DNA of 60,177 bases from Fonticula alba ATCC 38817 (taxonomy: Eukaryota > Protista > Nucleariida): NCBI GenBank assembly GCA_000388065.2, contig KB932202.1. One strand, 5' to 3'. Shown here one piece after another: positions 35,676 to 47,749 of the stretch (position 1 is the first letter of the stretch; each line of letters opens with the position of its first letter). The notes below the pieces were generated by a model, which ran no database searches, was not told the origin of the DNA, and saw only the letters and a program-made list of their open reading frames with translations. A program made the translations under genes and the position numbers.

Positions 35676-37798
35676 ACTTCACTCATTCACCTGCTCGGTC
35701 TTTCGTTCCTTTTCTCTCGGTCTCTTGAAAGGGCTATGGTTGGGGCGGAGTCGCGGCAGTGGAGGCGGCAGGGCGCGAGGGCACTTTGTGGTTGGGTGGC
35801 GGGTCGATGGGGCAGCTGCGGGGGTTCGATCTGGATGGAGGCAGCATAGCCAGGTGGGAGGCTTCCCGGACAGTGTGCATGTGCCGCGTAGTGGCTGGCA
35901 GGGGGGACAGTGGGTCGGCGAAGGGGCAACGAGGGGCTCCGAGACGCGCGAATGTGCCTGTGCGTGTGTATGTGTGTGTGTGTCTTCGAGGCGGTGTGGG
36001 GTGGTTCGGGCGCGGTAGCCTCCTTTTTTTCCTGAAGGCGGCTGTCGGAGGGGGGAGGGGACGCGGGTATCGGCTCGGACCGTTGCGAAACAGCAATCGA
36101 GACGAGTGGCCTTGGAAGGTGTGGAAGGTGTGGCGTTGGCGGGTCGATGGAAGAGGGGGCGGAGGGCGGGGGGGCGGGGGGCACGGGAGATGCTTGGGCG
36201 AGAACTGGGGGGTGGGGAGGAGGCGCGGGGGGGAGGTGCTTGCCGATGGGCGTCGATAAATGTATGCCAGTGCATGGACGCCGACTCGCTACCTCCCCCC
36301 CCCCCCCCCCCCCCGGCTGGCCGATGCCCAGAGGAGGAAGGTGTGGTGTGCGGGGGGCGTCAGGGGCCAACGAGATCAGCCCCGCAGTGCCGAGGTAAAC
36401 CGAGCCGAGATCCGACGGCATCCCCTGGCCACCCCCAACTCCGGGGGGGGGGGGCCTGCAGCCGCGTAGGGCATATTGCTCGGAAATGGCATATACGTGG
36501 GCACTCCGGCAAGGGCCCAAGAAGGCCGGGTCTCCGCGGACGCCCACAACGCAGGGGCTGCCGAAGCGGGAAGACGATTTTCCGCGGCGCGCGAGGAGCC
36601 CGATCGGAATCCCCCCCCCCCCCCCCCCACCCCGGCGGGGCGGACACATGCCCCAGGCGGCGGGCGGGATAGCCCGGTCCGGGATAGTAGAACCAGTAGT
36701 CGTTGCTCCAGCTGTCCACAAGAATGCAACGCTTGGTGGACGCAGCCCGTGCGCCCTTTTTTGCGCGGGCAGGTTTTCTGTGCGGCCAGAGCGGCTCCCG
36801 ACTCGAGCAGGCCCCGCCCTTGCTTGGGTCTCGACAGGGGGAGAGGGAGGGCTGGCGCCGCGGGTGGTCGCCTGTCCGAGGCGGATTCGAGGTGTGTCCG
36901 CCGCGCGAGAAGGGCGCGAACCGGACGCGGGCGGCGCCACCGCAGGCGGGACGTGGGGCGATCAGGCGCCTATGGAAAACCAACGCAACAGGAAAGGGTC
37001 CAACAACGGTCGAAGTGCGCCAGCCCCGCACCAACCGGGATCGATCGCATCCCCACGCAGGCGGATGCTGGCAAGGAGGCCTGCGCCCTCGGAACGCCTG
37101 CCGCCGGGAATGGCCGGCTCCGATTGCTCGCAGCGCTCCCGGGCTGTGGAGGAGAGACTAATCTCCCCCGCCCTCTCCCCGTTTCCCGGATGCAGTGCCC
37201 ACCATATCCCACGGCGCAGGGGGGGGGGGAGGGCGAGACGCAGGCACGGCGAAGATTTTGGTGAGGACGTCCCCGCCCGGCGCCATGGCCGCACAATTGT
37301 GGATGCACGCAGCACAGAAACGCAGAGAAGGAAAGAATACAAACTACCACACATGCATGCACCCAGACGACGGGCCCTCGCCGCCCGCCCGCCAAGGGGA
37401 CAGGAGAGCGGAGCCGGGGGGGTAGGCGAAAAGGCGAAGCCACCCCGCCGCCCGCACCAGCCACGGGACCAGGCCCTTTTGCCCGGCGCCCCCACCAAAA
37501 GGCTCCCCCCCGCTGCTCTCGCCCTCCCGCGCGCGCTGGGGAGGGGGGGGGCCCCGTGTTTGAAAGGAGGAAGGAAGGGAGAGACGACAACACACAACCC
37601 AAGGGAGAATGAAGACACACACACACACACGAGAGGGGGGAGGGGGGGAGAGAGACACACACGATATCGATGTTCCTTTGGGCGCGGTAGAGAAATCTGG
37701 TGTTTATCTCTAGTTACAAGGCGACAACAAAAGCACACTGTCTGGAGAGAAGGGGAAGGCGACTCGGAGAGAATCTGTGAAGCAGACACCTCCCACCA

Positions 37799-38591
<793 letters not shown>

Positions 38592-39661
38592 GGTTGATAA
38601 CCTAGTAAGGACTGTGAGGAGGAGGGGGAGGAGAAACAGGGAGGAGCAGACGTGTCAGGAAAACCGCGAAATGGGCGCATAAATAGAAGACGGGCGGAGG
38701 GAGATGTGAGGGGAGGCGAGTGCGCGCGCGCGCGCGCGCGTGCGCCAGCCCCACCACCACTCGGACATGTCGGTACACGGAGCGGCACACGCAGGGCGCA
38801 TGCGCACACGCCCACACACGCAGTCGACGGATCTCTCTTTCTCTCTCCCCCTCGGCCCATTGCCAAGGACTGACAACACACAGCAGCACCAACCCCTGCC
38901 CCCCTCGGAAGGAGGAGAGAATGGCCGACACACGGGCTGCTCCGCCTCCACTCACAGAGGGAGGGCAGCGGTACTCGGGAGGCGACGTGTGTGCATGCTG
39001 GCGAAGGGACACAACACGGCGCTCCCTTTCCCCGGGGAGGGCCTGGGCGCTGGAGGGGGCGCGCGCCTCATCGGATGCAGATTATTTTTTCTGAATCCGA
39101 GAAAGTGGGCCCCCCATGCGCGTGCGACCATGACACGCGCGAACAGACTCGAGAGGACGCAACCAGCCCTCCAGACACACGCCAGCCGGGCGATCGGCCA
39201 GGCGTAGAGAGGAAGGGGCTTGCTCATGGGAGGAACACGCGCGCGGACCGCATACGGCGTCCCCCTGAGGGGAGGGGGGCCTGAGGCGGCGGCAGGTGCA
39301 TCCACACGGCAGGGGGGAGCGCGCGATCGAGGCCCGGGGCCATACTGGATGGGATATACAACGCATGCCAGGCGGGCGGAGGAGACAGTGGCGGCGCGCG
39401 GCAGACGCCAAGAAGTCGCGACGGAGAAACAGCCGCCTGCTCCCCGTCCTCCTGCTCCCCTCGGGAGAGAGGAGGGGCGGGGAAGGAGGGAAGGACAATT
39501 CGGGACCCGGGAGGGGGGAGAGAGAGAGAGAGAGCGCGCGCGTGCGCCGGACGACACATCGGAGGGGAGAGGGCGGGGAACATGCAGCCATGCGCAGCAG
39601 AGGGGGAGGGGGGCGCGGAGGAACAGGGGGGAGGGAGAGGCAAGAAAGAGGGGAAACATAC

Positions 39662-40055
39662 ATGAACCGAAGTGAAAACCAAACCAGAGTAGAGGCCTCA
39701 AAGGTGAACCATGGGAAATGGGTAGCCCGCCAAAAAAGGGCCTCGGATGGCGGGAGCTCGCGCGGCCGGGGATCGTGCGCGCCCCTGCCAGGGGGGGGGG
39801 TGGAACACCGGGGATCGGGTCTCCTGCCCGCCCCTCGAGAGGGGGGGGCGCCGGCAGGTCGCCCGCCACAACCACCCCCCGCCCCTCTCGGAAGGGGGGG
39901 GGGGGGCACTCAGGCATAGGGGGCACCAGAGCCCCGTCCGGCGCACTCCAGGGGGGGGGGGGCACTCAGGCATAGGGGGCACCAGAGCCCCGTCCGGCGC
40001 ACTCCATAGGGCGGCCGCCGCGCGTACCAACCACACCAAATCTCAAACACGACAT
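39662..40055 (-). CDS. Candidate small mitochondrial protein (COX7C/Cox8-like), partial model
   Basis: ATG at 40055, donor GTACGC at 40027, acceptor CAG at 39785, donor GTATGT at 39661, phase-compatible. Gives MSCLRFGVVGARTIPGRASSRHPRPFFGGLPISHGSPLRPLLWFGFHFGS. No terminal exon found and no clear branch site. Confidence 0.25.
39906..40006. repeat. Tandem duplication of a 45-bp unit (39906-39950 and 39962-40006) separated by a G run
   Basis: GCACTCAGGCATAGGGGGCACCAGAGCCCCGTCCGGCGCACTCCA occurs twice identically. Confidence 0.9.
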
Positions 40056-40280
40056 GCCCTGCGCGCGCGCGCGCGCGCGGGAGAACGAGAAAGGCCCTGC
40101 CGAGAGCAGCCCACTCACTGGCCGGTCCCCCCCCCCCCGGTACCTCACTTGGCCTGCGCCCCGCCCCTCGTCCAGGCCTGCGGTCCCTGGCGCGCCTGGC
40201 GATCGGCAGAAAGCAAAGGAGAGCCAGGGGGGGGGGGGGGTATCTGCGCCTGCTCGAACACCCGAACACCGTAGAATACG

Positions 40281-40547
40281 CGATCACAGCCCGGCCGGCC
40301 CCTCGCTCCCCCCAGCGGGGACTTCCTGCTTTCAGGGCCCGCCGCTCCGCCCAAGCCCCGTCCGCCACAGGCCGCCCGCGTCTCTGCCCANNNNNNNNNN
40401 NNNNNNNNNNNNNNNNNNNNNNNNNNNNNNNNNNNNNNCGATCACAGCCCGGCCGGCCCCTCGCTCCCCCCAGCGGGGACTTCCTGCTTTCAGGGCCCGC
40501 CGCTCCGCCCAAGCCCCGTCCGCCACAGGCCGCCCGCGTCTCTGCCC
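40281..40547. repeat. About 109-bp exact direct repeat on both sides of gap 40391-40438, probably an assembly overlap
   Basis: 40281-40389 matches 40439-40547. Confidence 0.85.
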
Positions 40548-41980
40548 CCCCCCCCTCTGGGGACGGTTGATGGTGAAAAAATAGCGAACAAGTCCCAGGG
40601 AGCCCCCAAGGGCGGGCAGACAGCCGAGGGGCCACCTGCGCAGATTGAAGCACCCCCATACTGTACACGAGGAGCGATGCCTGGCGGCCGCCGCCGTCGC
40701 CCGCGCCTTGCACCTGGGCCCACCCCCGGGGGGCCAACACCTGCGCGCGCACGCGCGGTCCCCCTGCGGGCGCGGCGCATCCTGTGCCCATGCACTCAGG
40801 CGACACTGGGGGGGGGGGGAACCGCCCCTCGGGGAACACCAGTCCTCCCTCCGGCGGAGGGGGGCCGGGGCGGGGCACAGGCCCGGCCGGTGCGAACGTC
40901 GAAAAGCCCGAAAAGAGCGCCCCAATAGCCTTTCTCACCGAAAATACAGGGATAAAAGATAACCTGAATATATTTTATGGTTGCTATTTTGTCTGTCGAA
41001 ATTGGCTTCTCCTCTCGCTCAAATTCGGCCGAGGCGGCTTGGCACATTTTGCCTCTGCCGATGATCAGGCCGTGTTTTGGTACCTGCTCACGTGCGAATA
41101 TCACACTGGCGATGCTCTGCTAGAGGCCGTCCAGCAACCGGAGGATGCACACCCGCCCTGGAAAGGCCGAGGGCTTTGTGGCAGCCCAGCCAGGCATTCG
41201 CGGACAGCGGAGCCGATGAAAACCGGGCCAGCTCGGGTTGCAGCCGCATATGCTTTGGCCAGCTCGTTGCGATGGAGGGCAGGCGTGGGGGTGGCTGGAG
41301 CAGGTCGGAGAATCGAAGCCATGAGCAGCCGCCCACTGTGGCCCCATTTGAATTTCCGGAGCTCTTGGAACCACTGCGCCCGAAAAAATGAAATGCCCCC
41401 ACCCCCTCGCCGGGGCCCGGAAGGGGGGAGGCCGGTGTATGTCGGTATTGACCCGGCCTCTGGCGGTGGGTTGTTCCCTCCCCCCTCTCTCGCAAGATAG
41501 GGGGGGGGGGGGAAGACCCTGGACCACTTCGCGTGCAGGACGGGCGAGGAGCATTCGTCGGCCGTTCGTTTTTCGGATGACCGTCCTCCCCCCCCGCCCC
41601 CCGCCGCATGCAGGGGCGCCCCGCAGAGGTGATGCGAACGACGTGCTCGGCCACTTGAAGTGCCCCTCCCTGCAGCCCCGCTCCGATCGGGCAAGCGTAT
41701 CGCCGCATCCTCCTCCCTCCCCCCGCGCCTGCCACCCCTCGTCCCCTCCTGCCCCTTCCTCTTTCCTGTCCCCTCGCCGCCTGGACCCTCGCCAGTTCGT
41801 TCCCCCCCCCCCCCCCCTCCCCCTCCTCTCGCCCGCCCATTCCTGCGCCACCCCGAGTTAATTGCCGTCTCGCTGACCTGCGCCCCTTCCTCCCTTACCG
41901 TGCCCTTTACCACAGTGTCGGACTCGACCCATCCCCATCCCGGTGCTCCGGGTACCAAGGCCGAGGATTTCCCCACGCCG

Positions 41981-42327
41981 ATGGATGAGGCCTATGCGCG
42001 GCTCCTGTCCGACAATGCCGAGCTGGAGCGCCGCTTCTCCGAGGTCATCACGCTGCTCCAGTCGCGCGAGAGCCACATTTCCCAACTCCAGGCGCTGCTC
42101 AGCTCCGAAACCCAGCGGGCGGACGCTGCCGAGGCCCGCCTCCTGGAGCTAACCACCGGCCGGGACTCGCTGCTCGCCTCCTCGGCGGCGACCACGGCGG
42201 CAGCCTACTCCTCGGCCGGTAGCTTGGCCACCGATGAGGCGCTCGGTGCGTTGTCTAGGCTTCCCCGGCCCCCCCCCCCCCATCGCCGGGATGGCAGGGA
42301 TCCCCTCTTTGCAGGACTGCTCTAACC

Positions 42328-42361
<34 letters not shown>

Positions 42362-42883
42362 ACGGCGGGCCCCCCCCTTTTCCCCCCCCCTCCCACCCCC
42401 CCCCCCCCCCCCCCCCCCCCTCGTTCCCATCCTCCTGTCCCTCTCTCGCGGCCTGGCGCCCTGCGCTTCCTTGGCTGTCCGCCCCTTTCCCCTAGATGCG
42501 GAGCTCGCCACTGCGGCGCAGCTTGACCAGCAGATCAGTGTACGCTCGCATGAAAAGGACTCCCACCCGTGTTGGTTCCGTTTGACCCCCTGGCTGACAT
42601 CTCCCCCCCCCCCTCCCCCTCTCTCTCCCCTGCCGGATCGTAGGCTCGTATTGCCACCCTCAAGCAGAACGCCGAGCGTCGCCAGGTGTGGATGCGGTCA
42701 ATGGTGACGCGCCTGAGCGCCGAGGTGAACAAGATCGAGAATTGCCAGCGCATCATTGCTGGCAACACCGAGAGCCTGCGTCGGGAGCCGGCGAACTCCT
42801 CGGCCGTGGCTTTCGGGGGGACCGCCAGCTCGTCGGGCACTGCCGCGCCCGTGCCGCAGCCGACCAGCTCGCTGATCATTTAG
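41981..42883 (+). CDS. Hypothetical coiled-coil protein of about 180 aa
   Basis: Exons 41981-42245, 42496-42539 and 42644-42883 with compatible phases. Heptad-like LLSDNAELERRFSEVITLLQSRESHISQLQALL. The start is uncertain because an acceptor-like site lies at 41915. Confidence 0.5.
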
Positions 42884-43688
42884 GCCCCCCCCGCCCCCCC
42901 TCACACCTGGCGTTTGTTCCTCTCCCCCTCCCCCCCTGGTTCCTGGGGGTCTTCACATTCTTCCCTCCCCTGCCGATCACCGAAAAAGTTCATCCAATCG
43001 ACCTCTGCTCTTCTGTGTGTGTTTGTCCCCCCCCCCTCTCTTTCTCTTTCCCCCAGGAGGAACTAGAAGAATGGGCTATATTATTGTACAAGGCTGGCTG
43101 GGGAGGAGCTCCCCCTCACACCCATAACCTCATATGCTCACCCTCCTTTCCTGAGGGGAAGAAGACGACGCGCGCGTGCGCGCGAGGAGCACATCCTGGC
43201 GTGAGGCGTAGGAGAGGGCACTCCAGCCTGAGGGCGGGCGCGGGCAGGGTGCTGCATGTCAGCATGGCAGGGCCAGACGGGTGGCGGAGGCATTGCGCGT
43301 TCGGATAGGCGTGTATGGGGCATGGGTCGTCGCACACGCACCGACTCATTTGACAAGAGGCACATGCGCACTCGAGGAGGAAGGGGGGGGGGGGCGAGGC
43401 GAGCGGGTGCTTGGCCATGGCTGCCTTCTAGATGTGTGTATGTGCGTGTGTGTATGCGTGGCATCGCGCTGGTCTCCCATGCTTTCACGTGTCGTGTGTG
43501 TGTGTGAGAGAGAGAGCAGGCGGGAGGGGCTCGGGCGACTTTGAGGAGGGGGATGGAGGTGAGAGCGGACTCCGCCATCACCCCCGCCCCCCTCCCCACA
43601 TGTTCTCAAACATGGACGGCCGGTCCCCACCGCGAGGGCCAAGTGGCAGGGAGGAGGCGGCGACGATGGTCCACCGGCAAGCACTCAC

Positions 43689-43874
43689 TTACTGGGCGAG
43701 GCGCTGCTGGGCGAGGGCGCGCTGCTGGGCATCAAAAGCGGCCCAGGTCTGGCGCTTGGGGACGACGTGCATCTGCCACCAGGCACCGGCAACCAGGAAG
43801 GAGGCAGCCAGGGACAGGGGGATGTGCAGCTTGAAGAGGCGAATGCAGCGACCGGGAGTAGTGGGGATGGCCAT
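43689..43874 (-). CDS. COX9: Cytochrome c oxidase small subunit, Cox9/COX6C-like, 61 aa
   Basis: accATGG start. MAIPTTPGRCIRLFKLHIPLSLAASFLVAGAWWQMHVVPKRQTWAAFDAQQRALAQQRLAQ has one TM and the 'M.I.PI.G..R..........WW..H..K' pattern I recall for fungal Cox9. Confidence 0.65.
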   Translation of the reverse strand: MAIPTTPGRCIRLFKLHIPLSLAASFLVAGAWWQMHVVPKRQTWAAFDAQQRALAQQRLAQ

Positions 43875-45232
43875 GGTGACGAAGAGATGTGGACACTTCT
43901 CTCGTAGGCGGGGGGTTAGCTGGGTGCGGCGGCGCGACGACGCGATGGTGTGTGTGGGGCGGGGGGGGGGGGGGGAGGGCTTTGACAGATGGCCGCAATA
44001 TTGCGTAGGCAGGGCGAGGTGGGGCGATGCGAGATGGTGTGTCTGGATGTGTGTGGGGGGAGGCGGGAGACGGAAGGCGGAAGGCGGAGGACGGGAGGAG
44101 GCGGAGGCAGATGGAGGACAGGAGGCGGAGGCAGATGGAAGGCGGGAGGTGGAGGGGAGAGGAAGGGGAGGCATACAGGAAGAAGAACAGAAACAGGAGG
44201 TTAATGCTATTCTCGTTGGAGGGGGCGGCAGGCCGGGACAGAGGCGCCCTGGGAGCCGAAAAAGAGGGCGCCCGGGAGGCGAACGTGTCTCCCCGTTCGA
44301 CTCGCCAGAAAAGCACGTACAGTCCCGCTCCCTGTTGCACCCNNNNNNNNNNNNNNNNNNNNNNNNNNNNNNNNNNNNNNNNNNNNNNNNNNNNNNNNNN
44401 NNNNNNNNNNNNNNNNNNNNNNNNNNNNNNNNNNNNNNNNNNNNNNNNNNNNNNNNNNNNNNNNNNNNNNNNNNNNNNNNNNNNNNNNNNNNNNNNNNNN
44501 NNNCCCCAGGTGCGCACCTCCTCCCTTCCCCCCACTCTCTCCCTCGGCCCGCCCCTCGCTGGCTGGGCCCCAGTTGAGGGCGCACGGTCTCGCACGCCCG
44601 GCTCTGTAAAAGAAGGTGCAAGCATGGGGAGCTCCGGAACATGTCGCTGCCTCGCGGAAAGGAGGGCGGCCGGCGGTCGCCCGCCCTGAGCAAGGCCCCG
44701 TGCGTGTCCGCCCCCCGGCTCAGCTGTGGCGGGAAGCCGGAAAAGAAAAAGAGACAGAAAAAGAGCCCGGCTGCTTCGCTATTCCCGTGTGTCTCCCCTC
44801 CCCACTTCCGGCCCGGTGCCGAGCAATGCATGCGCGTGCCGCACGCCCGTCCGCGACCTCCGCGTAGGACAGCCCCCCCCCCCCGCCCTCAACACTGGCG
44901 ATGATTCAGCCCCAAACGACATTACGCAGGGATCACGGATGCGGGAGGCAGGACTGACCTCCACATGACCACTTCGCGCCTGACCGCCCGTAACACTATG
45001 CCAACGGATCGGTCCAGAGAAGTTCCCAAAGCTGCCCGACGATCGTCGGCGAGGTGTCAGGACCCTTTTTCCCGCCGGTTACCCGGCCTCTCGAAAAGAC
45101 CGGCCCAGCGCACGTATCTGAGGACTCTTGCCTCGTCTGTCCATTGATGTCCCCTGCCCCCTGGTCACACTGCGAGCATCCTTCTCGCCTGCCTCCCTTA
45201 GCCTCGCCTGCCGCCTCCCCGTTCACCCTGCC

Positions 45233-45505
45233 ATGACGGTGTCCTCCTCCTCCCCCTCCTCCTGCCCCCCCTCCTCTCAGAACCCATCCCGCCCAGCCAC
45301 CTGTGTTTGCCCCTGCATTTGCGGCGCCGCTTCCAGCCCGCCCACCGAGGACCCATCCACGAAGGAGTCGTCCGCCGCCATCACTGCCGGCACCCTTGCC
45401 TCCTCGGTTCTCCTGCCAACGGCCATTGTCCTGGCGTCGGCCTACTTCTTCTCCTTCGCCGCACGGTCTCTCTTCAAGCTGGTCATGCGCACCTTCCGCG
45501 ACTGA
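45233..45505 (+). CDS. Possible 90-aa tail-anchored protein
   Basis: gccATGac start, S/P-rich N-terminus, C-terminal hydrophobic VLLPTAIVLASAYFFSFAA followed by RSLFKLVMRTFRD. No family recognised. Confidence 0.35.
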   Translation: MTVSSSSPSSCPPSSQNPSRPATCVCPCICGAASSPPTEDPSTKESSAAITAGTLASSVLLPTAIVLASAYFFSFAARSLFKLVMRTFRD

Positions 45506-45670
45506 GCCTCCAACCAGCGCACATACCCACTCCACAGCCCCGCCCCCAAATAGAGAACCCCCGCGCGTGGCGATATCGCTCTGGCCTAGGCGACGCACCT
45601 CTCGCTCGCCTCCCCCCCTCCCCCCTTCCCCCATCAGCAAGGACACATAGCCGACCTTCCCTTGGGCATT

Positions 45671-46323
45671 ATGTCGCGCGCGACGCGCTCCGACATGATC
45701 TGTGCGTCCCGGCGGGACCGGGACACTCTTCGACACTTCTTGCGGATGGCCACCGATACAGCCCGCGCTGTGGCCGGTGCGTGTGGCGTCATGTGGGCTT
45801 TGCTTTGGGGCTTTTTTTTCTTCCTCCCCCCCCCCCCGCCGCATCCCAAAGGCTGGGTGGCTGTTTGGTCGCGATTGTGGGTTTCACTGACCTGCGGTCT
45901 GCCTCTCTCGTCCGCCATTTCCAGGGCCCGAACGTGTGACCCGTTACCGCCCGCACATCGAAGCGATCACATCGTCGCTTTACCATCTGTCCTATTTGGC
46001 TTTTGGTACGAATGGGGCTCCTCATGATGCGCGGCCTCGAGCATCCGGCATGGCATAGCAGGGGAAAGGCGAGGGGAGCACGCTCGCGCGCATGCCGGCC
46101 AAGCCGTGATGGCTAACTCCTCCTACTCATTCCTCCCTCCATGCACCGGTCAAACGAAACAAACGAAACAAACGAAACAAACGAAACAGGGTCCACCCCT
46201 GGGGAGGAGTATGCTGATCTTCGGGTCTCGCTCCCTCCGAAGCCACATCCGTTGACATCACAGGGCGGTGCCTTTGTGCCGCTGGATCCTCCGGGGCTGT
46301 TTGTGCGCCAACATGTTCTGCTG

Positions 46324-46369
<46 letters not shown>

Positions 46370-47749
46370 CCCCCCCACCACCACTGCCGGCCCTGACACA
46401 TGCACATGCGCATGCGCATCCATCCACCCATGCAACCACACACAAACTTGCCGGCGGAATAGCGTACACTCCTTTTCATCGTTTCATCCGTCGTCTTGCC
46501 GCATGCCCTGGCTACCGAGGGCTTCGCTAAGCCCCTGCGTCAGGCGGTCATCCGCTGCATTGTCATCTGCCTTCGTCTGCGAGCAGCTTGGACACACCAG
46601 CCAGCGGGCGAGCCAATGGCAAATATGCGGCCAGCTGTGCCGAGCCGCGACGCCGGCTACGACGCCAGCATTGACGAGGCCAGCCTGCCGTTGCTTTCTG
46701 CCACATCGTCCATGGACCTGGGCCATTTGATGCTCGCACCGTCGGGGGCCGCCGAAACCACCCGAGCCATGGCCCTGACCAGCCATGCCCGGATCTTGGC
46801 GCCGCAACTGGGCCAGATCCTCGGCCAGTTTCACACGGCTCTCTTTTTCCTCGGCCCAGCGGAATCGGACCTCTCCTCATGGCACTACCTCTCCCTCTCA
46901 CGTCGGATCTTTTCCCTCGGCTATGTGCGCAACTGCACCACGTCAGCTCCACTTACCCATTCGCCCGCTCATCCACTTACCGACCACACACACACACACA
47001 CACACACACTCATCCCCACCTTCGCGATGGACGCCCCCACTGTCACCTATCCGAATAGCTGTATACCCGAGGCGCGCCGGACGTCTTTTTCCCCATACAT
47101 TCGCGGGCCTCCGGCGCTCGACATTCCTTCCGCACGGTAGGGGTCCTGAAGCTGGTGGAGGCAATTGTGTCGGCCCTGGATTTCGTGTTGTCGGCCAGCA
47201 CCCGCGATGCCGCGCGTGCCTTGATGGCCAGCGCTCCGGAGCAGGCTGTGCGGGATGTTGCTGGTGGTGCCGTGCCCCCGGCAGAGGGTTCAATATCAGC
47301 GAGTGCCCTAGGGGGCGGCGGTGTTGGTCCGCGACTCGACGTGGATTTCGGTTCGCCCTGTTCCCTGTGTCTTTCGCAACAGATGTCGTGGCCGGCAGCC
47401 TCCACTTGTGGGCATGTCTTTTGTTGGGAGTGCATCTATTCCTGGCTGGTGGAGAATGTGCGTGCTCATTTTGGCTCCCTGTGGGCTCTGTTTGTGGGAC
47501 AAACGCAGGCAGCAAAAAGCATTCCCCCCGCCCCATGGTCTAACCGCTCGACTGGCGATCCCCCCCCCCCCCCTGTCCACCCTCTCGCGCCCTCGTTCCT
47601 GTTTCCCTGTGTGTGTGCGTGTGTGTGTGTGTGTGTGTGCGTGCGCGCGCGGTTTGCAGTCGACTTGCCCGCTCTGCCGCCAAGAGGGCACGGTCAACCA
47701 GTTGATGTGTGTTCTGGCAATCGAGCGCGAGGACATTCCTATCACATGA
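45671..47749 (+). CDS. PEX10: Peroxin 10 (Pex2/12 N-domain + C3HC4 RING)
   Basis: Exons 45671-45776, 45925-46005, 46190-46302, 46544-46924, 47059-47457 and 47660-47749. MICASRRDRD (like IRAAQKD), STPGEEYADL (like TLGEEY), HTALFF..HYLSLSRRIFSLGY, RHSFRTVGVL, and RING CSLC..CGHVFCWECIYSW..CPLCR. Confidence 0.9.
46151..46186 (+). repeat. (CAAACGAAA)x4 immediately before the PEX10 intron 2 acceptor
   Basis: Read directly; followed by CAG at 46187-46189. Confidence 0.9.

Noticed and set aside
40281-40547. Direct repeat as a possible LTR or target-site duplication
   Set aside because: Identical copies sit on both sides of a gap, typical of unmerged contig overlap, and there is no transposase or RT nearby.
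41640-41700. Upstream coding exon for the coiled-coil gene using the donor at 41697
   Set aside because: The required frame has a TGA at 41630 and no in-frame ATG or acceptor.
44900-44960. Possible C/D snoRNA (ATGATT...CTGA)
   Set aside because: C box matches only 5 of 7, there is no terminal stem, and I recognise no rRNA guide.
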